This document shows positions 1-12,076 of a DNA stretch of 64,000 nucleotides, piece by piece. The stretch spans positions 94,426,001-94,490,000 of the forward strand of contig OZ024741.1 in assembly GCA_964016885.1 (NCBI GenBank), written 5' to 3'. Source of the DNA: Eledone cirrhosa (Eukaryota). A program made the position numbers and the translations under genes. The notes below the pieces were generated by a model. It worked only from the letters and a program-made list of their open reading frames with translations, was not told the origin of the DNA and searched no databases. Each line of letters opens with the position of its first letter. Within the stretch, counting starts at the first letter, position 1.

Positions 1-779
1 ATCGTTTAAATGTTCAAAATTAGGAAGTGAACACCCAGAGAAGCATTCAACATCTGATTATACGATACCCTGAATGAACCTAACTTAATGCCGAGGAGAA
101 ATATTAAATAAATATGCTAACCAAAAGTAATACACGTGTATTTTCACGAAAATTTGAACACAATGACAACATAGAAAGGCAGTTTAACTTCGCTTGGTGT
201 GGCGATCTCTATCTATATATAAATTTCTGTGATTCTGTCACAACACGTAAAGAGAGAGGACTACCTCATACTACTCTTCTCTCTTTATGTCTGCTGCCTG
301 CGTGAATGCATGTGTATGAAAAATAGAGGCAGGGAGTGGTGAAAAAACTAAAGAAAAATAGCGGCTGGCATTCCATGTGTTATGCTGTGTATGTGTGTAT
401 ATGTTTGTGTGAATGTATGAGTATTTGTGTGAATGTATGTCTGTGAGTGTGTATTTTTCTAAGTGTGTCTGTGTTTGCACGTTTATATTTATATACTCAT
501 ACGTATAAATATATGCATATGTACGCACATACACATACGCGTCAGCGTGTTGAAAAAAATCATAGTATTATATACAATTGCGACGGTTGTCCTTTAACCA
601 TTTCCCGAATAAGAGATAATAATAAAATATCTGAACAAAATAGACTGAAACCCTAATGCAACTGAAATATGCGATTGTTTCAACTTTGTTGTTCGAAAAC
701 ATTGCTTATATAATCAGATGTTGCTTAATGATGTGAAGTATTGACTGTTACGTGTACGATTGCTAAAACAATGTACTCT

Positions 780-823
780 CTATCTATCTATCTATCTGTC
801 TATCTATCTATCTATCTGTCTAT
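780..823. repeat. (TCTA/TCTG)n microsatellite, 5' flank of Tx1-like LINE
   Basis: tatctatctatctatctgtc... directly visible. Confidence 0.95.
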
Positions 824-3489
824 ATTACAGAAACCGGATTAGCAGATTAGTTAAGGAGAGGTTGACGGGTGCAATCGTCAACAACCGATGGTGGACATCT
901 CTCAAAAGAGAGATTAGAACAGAATCAATAAGTTATAGCAAGATGTTAGCTGCCGATAGGAATAGAAGCGAGAAAGAATTAACAGGTAAATTAGAAGAGG
1001 CAATCAAGAGCGAAGATGTGGCCAGAGTGCTGGCATCGAGGACGGCCTTGAACCAGTTTTTCGATGCAAAGCACGAAGGCTGCGTCATTCGAAGTAAAAT
1101 ACGTGCTCTAGGTAATGAGGGGGCCAAAGCCGTTGGATGGGCCCGCGTGACAGAAGCTAAGAGTGGAAATCGATCCACCATCCGGTCGTTGCAAGACGAA
1201 GATGGACGGGTGATCCGGGAGCCTAAGCAGATGTGCGAGGCCTTTCAAAGGCACTTTGCCCGATTGTTCGGGGGAGGCGAGGGTCCGGGCGGGGGCGTGG
1301 ATTTCGGTCCATACCTCGACGGCCTGCCGCGTCTCTCGAACGAAGAGGCAGAGTTCTGCGAGGGACCAATCTCGGCTGATGAGATCGGAGATGCGCTGAG
1401 CCAATGCAGCAGGCGCAAATCTCCAGGTCTCGATGGTATACCTTACGAACTTTATTTAGCAATGCCGGTCTTCTTCTCCGAACTCCTCGAAGCGGTCTAC
1501 TGCAATTGGCAGCAGAACGGGAGAATTCCTTGTTCTGTAGCCAAGGGCGTAGTCACGCTGGTGAGGAAGGACGAGAACAAGGGGGATAGTATAAATAATT
1601 TTCGGCCCATAACCCTGCTAAACACAGAGTTAAAGATTTTGGCCAAGGTGTTAGCAAAGAGGTTGGCGCTTGTCGTGGGTGGCCTGGTGGGAGATGCGCA
1701 GACATGTGCTATCCCATCCAGGTCCATTCGCGATAACCTCCACCTCATGCGATACATCATAGAGAGGGTTAGCAACAAACCCGGCTTCGGTGGGGCCCTG
1801 ATCAACTTGGATCAGTCTAAGGCGTTCGATAGGGTCGACCATGGTTACCTGGATGCGGTGCTAGCGGCGGCTGGGTTCGGTCCTGTTTTTAGAGGCTGGA
1901 TCACTGCCCTACATAGCAACCACATCTGTTCTAGGATCAAGGTGAACGGCTACCTTTCGAAGCCGTTCGAAATCACACGATCCATTCGACAGGGGTGCCC
2001 TCTCTCCTCCCTTCTGTACGTATTGACTCTCGAGCCTTTACTGAGGAAGTTGGAGTTGTTGCAGGGTATCCCCCTGGAACCAGGATTGAGCAAAGCGGTG
2101 TCGGCCTACGCCGATGACGTAACAGTAATGGTATCAACCGACTCGGAGATCGAGGCGATCGGTACCTTACTGGAGGAGTACGAAAGGTTGTCAGGAGCGA
2201 AACTGAACCGGGAAAAATCCATCGGGCTGCAACTCGGAACGTGGAGAGGCAGACCGATGCCTCCTGACGGTGTCGTCGGACACTGGACGGAGGGCCCGGT
2301 AAAGTTGCTTGGGGTCTGGTTTGGACCGGACCTCCAGGTGGAAAAGAACTGGAACGAGGTTACGAACAAGGTGTTTGCACTAACCCAGAAATGGGCCAAG
2401 TGTAAGCTGTCCCTAAAAGGCCGGGCGGAGGTGGCGAACATTTACATAGCGTCCGTCACTTACTACCGCCTGACTGTCGTGCCTTGCCCTAAGGAAACAC
2501 TCACCACCATGGAACGCATGCTCTTCCAATTTCTTTGGAAGAAGCGTCCTCCTATGGTGAGAAGATCCATCTGCTGCCAACAACCTTCGAAAGGAGGGCT
2601 GGGGATGCCGTGGTTGATGATGCGTAGGCACGCATTAAGGCTACGGCACCTACAGGTGTTCCTCACTGGTCAACCGGTGTGGGCTCCGTTCGTGAAACGA
2701 GCCTTTCCGAGACTCGTCTCGCTCACCGAGCTACAGTCCTGGGTCAAGCAAAGATCCGGAAAACTGGGAGACTGGCACACTGAGTGTGCTCAGGCGCTCA
2801 GGGCTCTCTGGCAAGCGGGCCAGGCCATCGGTGGAGAATCCACCTCATCATTCTATAGAGGGCTGGTGGCTAGCAGGGGCGATGACACCCTTGGAGAGTC
2901 GCTGGACATGGAAGAAGACGAACTGGCCAGCCTGTTCGGTAGGACTTTCGGCCCAGGACCAATGGACAACTTCCAGAAGTCACTGGCCTGGCAGTGCTAC
3001 CGGGGGGCTCTACCCGTTCGAGAGAGGCTCTACAGACACGGGCGCCCGGGCAGGGATCCCTCAAAAAAGATTTGCCCTAGATGCGTGCGTCACGAAGAAA
3101 CCGTTGCGCACGCATTGGTGCAATGTCCGGGCGTGGCTGATCTGTGGGGCTACGCCGAACGACTGCTGTCGCGGGTGGCGCCGATTAAATTGACCGCCGA
3201 GTCCGTGATGACAATCAAACCGCCTCCCCTTTTCACAAAGGAAGCAAAGGCGGTTTTTCTGTGCGTAATAGCTATGTTGAAAGAGGTTGTTTGGTGGACA
3301 CGATTGAAAGGTCTGAGGTCAGGCAACTTCCTCTCTGGCCATAGTCTGGTCTACTTCTTCCGATATCACTTCGGAAGAAGGATAAGAATGGAGAGAGAGG
3401 TGCTTGGCCACAGGCAGTTTTATGAAAGGTGGGTGATAGTGGCGAGAATGGCTCGTGTAAATGGGCCTTCTCTGTATACCATCCTGTAG
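823..3489 (+). CDS. ORF2 (reverse transcriptase + zf-RVT-type CCHC) of Tx1-like LINE, N-terminally truncated
   Basis: Track ORF 760..3489; its first ~21 codons are translated flank/microsatellite (YLSIYLSI), the rest is LINE ORF2. Confidence 0.9.
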   Translation, partial: YYRNRISRLVKERLTGAIVNNRWWTSLKREIRTESISYSKMLAADRNRSEKELTGKLEEAIKSEDVARVLASRTALNQFFDAKHEGCVIRSKIRALGNEGAKAVGWARVTEAKSGNRSTIRSLQDEDGRVIREPKQMCEAFQRHFARLFGGGEGPGGGVDFGPYLDGLPRLSNEEAEFCEGPISADEIGDALSQCSRRKSPGLDGIPYELYLAMPVFFSELLEAVYCNWQQNGRIPCSVAKGVVTLVRKDENKGDSINNFRPITLLNTELKILAKVLAKRLALVVGGLVGDAQTCAIPSRSIRDNLHLMRYIIERVSNKPGFGGALINLDQSKAFDRVDHGYLDAVLAAAGFGPVFRGWITALHSNHICSRIKVNGYLSKPFEITRSIRQGCPLSSLLYVLTLEPLLRKLELLQGIPLEPGLSKAVSAYADDVTVMVSTDSEIEAIGTLLEEYERLSGAKLNREKSIGLQLGTWRGRPMPPDGVVGHWTEGPVKLLGVWFGPDLQVEKNWNEVTNKVFALTQKWAKCKLSLKGRAEVANIYIASVTYYRLTVVPCPKETLTTMERMLFQFLWKKRPPMVRRSICCQQPSKGGLGMPWLMMRRHALRLRHLQVFLTGQPVWAPFVKRAFPRLVSLTELQSWVKQRSGKLGDWHTECAQALRALWQAGQAIGGESTSSFYRGLVASRGDDTLGESLDMEEDELASLFGRTFGPGPMDNFQKSLAWQCYRGALPVRERLYRHGRPGRDPSKKICPRCVRHEETVAHALVQCPGVADLWGYAERLLSRVAPIKLTAESVMTIKPPPLFTKEAKAVFLCVIAMLKEVVWWTRLKGLRSGNFLSGHSLVYFFRYHFGRRIRMEREVLGHRQFYERWVIVARMARVNGPSLYTIL

Positions 3490-3704
3490 GTAAAGAAGTA
3501 AAGGAGAGGGGAGCACCTTCTCCATGTGCTCCCCGGGCAAAGGATTGCACACTTTTTCGGGGGTGTGTGCAACCCCCATCACGTCCCCTCCCTTTTGAGG
3601 TTATTTTCGATTATTTTCATGTTACACCCTTTTTACTCGATTATATGTAAACTCCCCCTTTGTATTTGTCCCTTCTTTTTATGCCTTTATGGTAAATAAA
3701 GAAA
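824..3704 (+). mobile_element. L1/Tx1-clade non-LTR retrotransposon, 5'-truncated, young
   Basis: Uninterrupted ORF with RT motifs (KSPGLDG, NFRPITLLN, LDQSKAFDRVDH, RQGCPLS, YADD), GGLGMP motif and C-terminal CCHC (CPRC..EETVAHALVQC). 3'UTR ends ...GGTAAATAAAGAAA. (TCTA)n on both sides; no endonuclease domain present. Confidence 0.93.
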
Positions 3705-3836
3705 TCTATCTATGTATCTGTCTATCTATCTATCTATCTATCTGTCTATCTATCTATCTGTCTATCTGTCTATCTGTCTATCTATCTATTTCTATCTCTT
3801 TCTCACTCTTCTCGTCTCTCTCTCTCACTCTTCTCG

Positions 3837-3875
<39 letters not shown>

Positions 3876-3876
3876 C
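3705..3876. repeat. (TCTA)n/(TC)n/(TA)n compound microsatellite
   Basis: direct inspection. Confidence 0.9.
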
Positions 3877-4011
3877 ACGATAAATTAACGGAGCCATAGG
3901 CCCTCGCCATTCCCTGTAAATAATGTGCTCAAAGGAGAAAAAATCCTGAGCTCTTTAAAATACAATATGTTGAAAAGGTATATATATATATATATAGCTC
4001 TCTCTCTCTCT

Positions 4012-4081
<70 letters not shown>

Positions 4082-5794
4082 AGCTCTCTTTCTCTCTCTC
4101 TTTCTCCCTCTTTCTATACATATATGGAAGATCGGCAAACTGACGTCATTCGGCAGTATGTGGACAACACATCTGAAAATATATCCACACACCACATCCT
4201 GTTTCACATTCTGAACAACACCCAATCAAAACCAGGTCAACCTTTACAAAGTTTAGATTTTGAAGTCTCAGACGGCTTATTTAGGCGAACTCATTCTAAA
4301 TAGTTATATTTACAACCCAAATAATATTTCCTTTGCAAAACCAGGATATATTTCTACGCCAAAAACTTATATACCCTATCATAGCATACCCCACCCTATA
4401 AATCGATATTTTTACAACATGCACGCACGTTTCAGACCACATGCTAAAATGGCAATGCTTCTAATAAATAGCGTTTACATACTAACACGATATAACCATT
4501 ATCCCACTAAAAAAAACCCTGTCCTCTCTTTGTTTCTTTTACAACGGTCTCTGCAGCTCTGAATTTGCTTATGCATACCACTTCCTCCTTATGTCAGATC
4601 TATTATACCTTACACTCTAGATCCTCTACCGAACAGTTTATCTAATTATTGTTCTGAAACTTATTCCCCAAATCACTTTCCACCTGTGTTTACCTTTTCA
4701 ACACAGGTGTTCAAGAGGAGTTCAAACCAAATTAACTTCACCCAACTGTCACGGTTTTTAAGTATACAAACCGTTGAGAATATTATGGGCACTAGGTCTT
4801 TTCATTAGACTAAACTATTTTCAAAAATTATTACAAAACTATACATTTTGCCTAAGGTTTGGGTTTATAGAGGAAGAGGTAATTGCGATTATGTGACTCC
4901 GTACCTTTCTATTGGCCAATACTGAAGTAACTAGTGAAATTGCAACTGCTGATAATAGAAACTAAATAAGAGACTCAATTAAATAACTTGCTTCGCCACA
5001 CTCAAGTGACTTGAAATGGCTTCAAATTTAGAACTCTAAAATTGAAACCAGGACACCGAATCTATCCAGCTGTTAGACGGTACAATATTTATTTTTACAA
5101 GATGCAATAGCATATACATCGGAGGGAGGAGTAAATGTTATGATAATAGTTATTTTTCTCTGAGTAACAGTTGCATTAGTGAAAGTGAAATGAATCTCTA
5201 AGCAGGAATAGAATCTGTGTAACGAACTTGTCTCACAAACTGTCTTCATCCTACTCTACAGTGTTCACCAATTTTATTTTTATTCCAACAATGAATTATT
5301 CTATTATCACATGTCATAAATCTTTGGGAGAGTGAAATTGCCATTTGATTGACCCCCAGCACATACTTGAAACTTATTATATTGACCCCCGGACAGAGGA
5401 AGAGAAGAATAAAATCCCGAAAAACTTGAACCTAAGACATAGGGGAACGTGACTAAACCCTATAAGGAATTTATTCAGAACTCTACCAATTCTGACATCC
5501 CAAACTTTAATTTATATGCCAATATTGACATGTACTTCGTGCTGTGTTTATAAATATTTAGAAGTCGTTGAACTTCACAAAAAGGAAGAAGAAAAAAGGA
5601 AATGAGAAAAAAAAAACAGCATCTAGTTTCTTATTTCATAACGACATACTAACTTGTTTATCTGTAGGTTATCTTCAATAGCAGCTCAACTACACTAAGC
5701 GTTTTTCATTATAACACACCCTTTATACTATAGAAATTACAAGTAAATATCTGTATAATAGTTCCATATGGAGATATTTTTATAGGTTTTATTT

Positions 5795-5797
<3 letters not shown>

Positions 5798-5889
<92 letters not shown>
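5798..5889. repeat. (TA)n microsatellite
   Basis: direct inspection. Confidence 0.98.
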
Positions 5890-5892
<3 letters not shown>

Positions 5893-6169
5893 TATTTTCC
5901 GTTGTGTTGTAATATAAATATTACACACAGTAGATTATCAGCTCACGTAGAGTTTGCTCGACGGTTCCAGTTGTAGTTCCAAAAGTAATCCGGAGAAAAA
6001 TAGAAAGATTTGAATGGATACAGTTTAGTTGAAAGGAATTTATTGACACGTGTTTCTATAACAGTTACATAACCTAAAACAGCTGCTATCTACAAACTTT
6101 TAGTTATGCAGACATTCAATATTTCAATGTTATTATTTACTGTCATTTCATCAGAATAATATTACTGAG

Positions 6170-6849
6170 ACATTTTCCTACATCACACAAATACCACAAA
6201 ATCCTAAACCCTACCACTATAAGACTGTCATACTCTACAGCGTTAAACCTTGAACAACACATAAAAAAGATCAATACTAGAAGGTTAAACGAAAACACTA
6301 AAAACTTAAGTACAAAGAACACAAAAAAAACAGTAGACAATACACTACAGAACATAAATAAACCACACCTAAGTTCGTCCGCAATACTACTCCAGAGAAA
6401 ACCCAACGTACACAACTGTAACTGCACCTATCCTGACAACTGCCCCCTCGGCAATAACTGCCTGGGAAAAAAATATTATTTATAAGTGTACCATTAAATC
6501 CGGAGGCAACGAGTGGTATTACGTGGGATCAACGGCAACATCGTTTAAATCTCGATTGTATAGGCATTCTTACTCAATAAAACACCAGAGCCAAAGAAAT
6601 GTAACAACTTTAGCAGAAAAAGCTTGGACGCTCAGGGATAGCGATCAAAAGTTTACCCTAAAATGGGAGAAATTAGCTAACACCCAAAGCTTTTCCAGGA
6701 GCCAAAATTTCTGCAAATTGTGTAATCTTGAGATTTATTACATAATCACACACAAGAAGAAACTGCTGAATAACAGAATTGAACGAACATTATTCTGCCG
6801 TCACAGAACTAAAACCCTTTTTTCCCACTACAAGCCGAATATTACATAA
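6170..6849 (+). pseudogene. GIY-YIG endonuclease C-terminus of Penelope-like ORF, frameshifted at A-run ~6470
   Basis: HFPTSHKYHKILN..IRLSYS..CNC..CPL then ORF 6523..6849. Confidence 0.8.
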
Positions 6850-7118
6850 AAGAGGGGCATCCCCCAACTATATAAACCTTAATCTAGTTAGAAAAATATA
6901 AAAACAATCTCTTCTCAACATATATTAATAACCTTAAATTACCACACTAATAATGGAAAGATATGCTGATGAGAATAGGTGCAAATATGCGATAATGAAT
7001 GTGTCTAAAAACGTCCATAAGTATGTATATATATGTGAAAATGTATATAAATAAGTAAATATATATATATGTTTGATGTGTGTAGTTAGATGTAAGTGTA
7101 TTCATGTATTAAAGTGCT

Positions 7119-7232
<114 letters not shown>

Positions 7233-7787
7233 ATATGTGTATATAGATGTGTATGTATGTGTATGTGTGTACACATGGACTAGAGTATGTATGTATATAT
7301 GCGTGTGTCTATACGTGTGTATATAAAGATAAGTTGAGTATGAAAATGTATACACATGAGCGCGTATGTATGTACATGAATACATGTGTGTATATATATG
7401 TGTATGCATGTGTATATATATGTAAGTATGAATATGTGAATTGTGAGTATATGTATTTTGTAGAGGTGTGCAAATATACTTGTGTGTGAATGCGTGGGTG
7501 AAAGGATACGTACACTTGAAAGAAAAATTTAAGTCTGAATGTTAATTAAGTGCAAACACAAAACCAACCACGCATATCTTTACTATCTCTAATCCTTCTA
7601 TAGATTTAGAAAAATAACCAATAATATATTCTATAAAAAATGTCAAAACAACAGATGGGAATCTAATTACTCACTGCCACCAAGAATTCTCACTGCTATC
7701 GAAAAACCACTCCTTCAACTATTCTTCTAACAACTTCACCCCTCCCTCCTAATATTCTCTATAAAAACTAAATAGGTCCTCAGTAAT

Positions 7788-7909
7788 ATTATTCTGATGA
7801 AATGACAGTAAATAATAACATTGAAATATTGAATGTCTGCATAACTAAAAGTTTGTAGATAGCAGCTGTTTTAGGTTATGTAACTGTTATAGAAACACGT
7901 GTCAATAAA
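7788..7909 (+). ncRNA. Hammerhead ribozyme motif with extended stem II (mirror copy on minus strand at ~6040-6160)
   Basis: UUAUU-CUGAUGA(7794-7800)...91 nt...GAAAC-ACGU-GUC(7901-03)-AAUAA; palindromic stem III ACACGUGU; stem II base AUGACAGU/ACUGUUAU. Confidence 0.7.
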
Positions 7910-7963
7910 TTCCTTTCAACTAAACTGTATCCATTCAAATCTTTCTATATATATATATATGCA

Positions 7964-8621
7964 CGAGGTGTGTTAGAAAAGTATCAGGACTTAGTGTGCT
8001 TTATGGGCTATTAGTAGGGTAGGGATTATCGGACCACATCACCGTGTGACGTAATATCCGGGGAGTATATAACTGATCTTGGCTCTCTCCGGTCATTTTA
8101 TGTTTTTTCACATGGTTTTGTTAACAGCTCCTCAATTTTAGGCCGACGAGTCATGGGCATAGAGCAATGAACCAGTTTGGAATTTCTTGTCCAGTTGGGG
8201 AAAACTCCATCAGAAGCACTCGGATTATTGCAGCGAGTGTAAGGAGATGAGACGATGTCGTGCTCACGGGTTTTGGGTGGCACTAAACATACAGAGGCGC
8301 GCGATGATGTGAAAGACGACCCCAGGAGGGGAAGGCCTTCAACGAGCAAGCGCATGCAGGTGTTTTACAACATCCTCGAGCGTGTTGAAACCGAACAAGA
8401 CTTTTTCCTTTCCCTAAGGTCAAGAGGATAATGAAAGGGTCCCATTTTCGCAACGTGGAAGATATCAGGAGTGCCGTGACAGCGGAGCTGCGGAGAATAC
8501 CGGGAAAATCATTCCTGGAGTGCATGGAGACGTGGCGGAGAAGGATGAGAAATTGCGTTAGTTTGTAGTTTGGATTTGAAATGTTTTGCGACGCCAGTCC
8601 TGTTTCTTTTCAGACACACCT

Positions 8622-8623
<2 letters not shown>
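7964..8623 (+). mobile_element. Internally deleted mariner-type DNA transposon
   Basis: Imperfect TIRs CGAGGTGTGTTAGAAAAGTATCAGGACT / AGTCCTGTTTCTTTTCAGACACACCTGG in TA context. Degraded N-terminal HTH (LGKTPSEALGLLQRV*GDETMS..DDPRRGRPSTS) and C-terminus (DFFLFPKVKRIMKGSHF..W..R..CV). Confidence 0.85.
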
Positions 8624-8670
<47 letters not shown>

Positions 8671-8682
8671 CATACATACATA

Positions 8683-9084
8683 GATGGTGGCTGCCAACTC
8701 GTTTTCGAGTACGGCCACTACTTTATATCCATGTGGGAGAACCCCTACCAATGCGCTGAACGAGTGACATTTTAGTCCAGCCAGCAACTTGAAAACTCTG
8801 GTACAAACACTACACTTGTGACAATTATTGACACATAGTGCTGGGCCCATGGTACCATGTGACGACAAGTGCAGAGAGATCTCCAGATACAAAGCAATGC
8901 CTGTGCCGTGAAGCTTTTATAGTGAGCAAAGGCACTGCACAAAGCCAGTCCCACTCTCTTAACCAAGATGATATTTACCAAAAAGAAGAACAAGTCAACA
9001 TCATTGGATACCATCAGGGTTGCAGGTGTTATATCAGAGTTTTCCTTCTCCTAGAATTCTGCCTTGACAAAGGCTAAGGTGTCA
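8683..9084 (-). mobile_element. Non-autonomous RTE-derived element, 5'-truncated copy
   Basis: Near-identical to 21105-21710; last C2H2 finger and RTE 3' stem-loop; (TATG)n at both ends. Confidence 0.75.
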
Positions 9085-9144
9085 TACATACATACATACA
9101 TACATACATACATACATACATACATACATACATACATACATACA

Positions 9145-11977
9145 GTGGAGCATTATTTTGGTGATAGCAGAGATATTAACAAGAACAAGACACCACCAAA
9201 AATACCATCATATATAACTAAAATAGAAAAAAAGAGTGCTGACCTACGAAAAAACATAGGACATGTGACAATGCTCCTTACATGCAAACAAACACAAACA
9301 AACCTGACTCCTCACCAACAAAGAGTGAAAAATAAAATAGAGACGATGTTTGGTAACAGTAGAACCAGAACTCTCCAATATAAGCTGATCACCCTCAAAC
9401 AGGAATTGAGAGCTGTTAGCGAAAAACACCGATACCTGAAGAAGGTAGATGAGAGAAAAATGCTTAATAAAAGATTCAGACGAAACCAAACATCAGTCTA
9501 TAGAGATATGAAGGGCAAAATAATAAGTGTCACTGAGGCCCCATCCCAGAAAGACATAGATTCCTTTTGGAGAAAAATATGGGGTGAAAAGAAGAATTTC
9601 AACCAAGATGCAGTGTGGCTAAGAGAAATGCGAAAGAACTATTGCTCCTACACTACAACAAAAACATACGAAATAAGTGAGGGTACCCTTGAGACTGTGA
9701 TAGGAAAACACCAGGAAGAGACATGATTGTCGGCTACTGGTACAAAAAACTAATATTCTATGAAAATAATAACATCATCACAGATGAACAAGCAGCTGAA
9801 AAGAAAAGGGTTTGGGGATGTGCTGAACAACTCCTAATCAACAAAACTGCGATGTCGGAGGTGCGACAACTTAGGAGGAATATGACTACAGTCTGGCTGG
9901 ACTACAGGAAAGCTTTCGATTCTGTTCCCCACTCTTGGATGATAGAGTCCCTCCAACTTGCTAAAGTCCCAGACATTATTGTCAGAGCCATAGAGAGGCT
10001 GTCTTCTTCTAGGGCTACAATCCCAAGGTTAAAGACAGAGAGGGAGGACTCTATTTTCACTGATAAAATAAAATATTGCAGGGGTATATTTCAGGGGGAC
10101 AGTCTCTCTGTGATATTGTTCATCTTGTCATTAAACCCCTTGTCCTTTCTGCTCAAGAAATGTGAGGGATACATCATTGGCTCACAGGAGGACAGAAATA
10201 CGAATCTAACCCATAACTTCTTTGTGGACGATCTGAAACTCTATGCCAAGAACATGGATGGGATGAAGAAAAATCTTGACCTGGTTACAACGTTCTCAAA
10301 GGATATAGGAATGGAGTTTGGCCAAGATAAATGCTCATACATGACTGTAAAGCGGGTAAAACAACAACCCAATCTAGCAACATTGTCATCAATGGCCTAA
10401 CTGTTTCACCGATATCTGATGAGGACTGCTACAGATACCTGGGGATAGATGAGAACATATCCTATAATGGTATCTGTAATAAAGAACGCGTAACCAGGGA
10501 ATACTACACCCGATTAAGAAAGATCTGGTCATCGGAACTCTCTGCGCAAAACAAAACAGTAGCTCACAATGTGTTTGCTGTGCCTGTCCTAACACCAACG
10601 TTTGGAATACTCAATTGGACGATAGACGAAATCCGAGCAGTTGATGTTGGAACTCGAAAAATACTGAACAACACCGGAAACTTCCACATCAACAGTGACA
10701 TAGACCGCCTTTACTAACATCAGTCCAGACAACATTTGAATGTCGCATCATATCTCTCCGACAACATCTACGAACCTCGAAGCGTAGGAGCCCGCTTCTC
10801 GAGCAAATCTATCTGCATGAAACAGATAAGATCATGAGAATTGGGAAGGAACTCCTTGAGAGATATTCCCTGTGTGATAATCAAAAACTCACACCCAGGG
10901 ATATCGCTCAGCAGTATCGCAGTGAATCCATGGATGAAAAAGTGCATGCCTATCAGCAAAAAATCATGCATGGATATGTTGCCAGGAAGCTCCAGAGTGA
11001 GAGTAATATAGATAAGGAAAGTAGTCTATCTTGGACCAACAACCGCTATATTGGCTCCCACTTTGAAGGATACGCTTTTGCAATCCAAGAACAGAAGATT
11101 AGTACGAAATACCTGATTCACAAAAGAGATAGGGATGCAGGCAAAACACTTAGATGTGATAACAAGTGCAGACTCTGCAGAACTAACATCGAGGATATCA
11201 CCCATGTCATCAGCAGCTGTCCAAATATGTCATTGCGGTACTATCTACCTATGAGGCATAATGTAGTGGCCAAAACAATGCAGTTAGTAAAAAAGATAGC
11301 CCCGATAATAAACACATTAAAAGCTACAACAATGTGGAAGACATCCATGTACATAATATGAAAGAGTACTGGTGGAATGTTCCAGTAAAAACCACAATAA
11401 AATGCAGGCATAACAGACCAAATATTATGATATGGGACAGGGAGAAGAAAACATGCACAGTAGTGGAAATTAGCTGCCCAGCAGATGCCAATATAATATC
11501 AAAGATTAGTGAAAAGGAGAATATTTATGCAGAACTGATGAGAAATCTGCAGATACTCCACCCTGATTACACCTTCAGATTTATGCCTGTGATTATTGGG
11601 GCACTGAGATATGTTAGTAACTGCCTCAAAACAAATCTTGAGAAGCTAGGCTTCACAGGAACAGAAAGAACACAACTAGTTAGGAAACTACAAGTACAAT
11701 CCATTAATGGAACAGTAAAAATATGTAAAACATTCCAAAAATGTTGCATCTAATAACTGCATTTACACATGTACAGGTACAAAGCATATACACATGCACA
11801 CATACAACTCAAAACATACACATCCACACATACAATAACATCCATATCTACACATGCATACATACATATCTACCTAGTTGATGTTGTGTAAATTCCAATG
11901 AGAGAGTCTTGTGTCTATGTTAGAAACCGACTCTCTCTCTATTGGTAAAACTTTGTGAAAATATAAAAACAGAAGAA
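9145..11977 (+). mobile_element. R4/Dong-like RLE non-LTR retrotransposon, 5'-truncated, frameshifted
   Basis: RT (WLDYRKAFDSVPH, RGIFQGDSLS, FVDDLKLY), CCHC (CRLC..EDITHVISSC), RHN and RLE motif (RPNIMIWD..VVEISCP..EKENIY) across ORFs 9064-11753; (CATA)n on both sides. Confidence 0.9.
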
Positions 11978-12076
11978 CATACATACATACGGACATACAT
12001 ACATACATACATACATACATACATACATACATACATACATACATACATACATACATACATACATACATACATACAT
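11978..12076. repeat. (CATA)n microsatellite shared by R4 3' end and RTE 3' end
   Basis: direct inspection. Confidence 0.95.

Noticed and set aside
760-823. N-terminus of the 909-aa ORF as a real start
   Set aside because: TTG start in flank plus translated microsatellite; the element is 5'-truncated and lacks its endonuclease
933-3582. Antisense ORFs overlapping the Tx1 ORF2
   Set aside because: Short shadow ORFs expected from a GC-richer coding strand; no recognisable motifs
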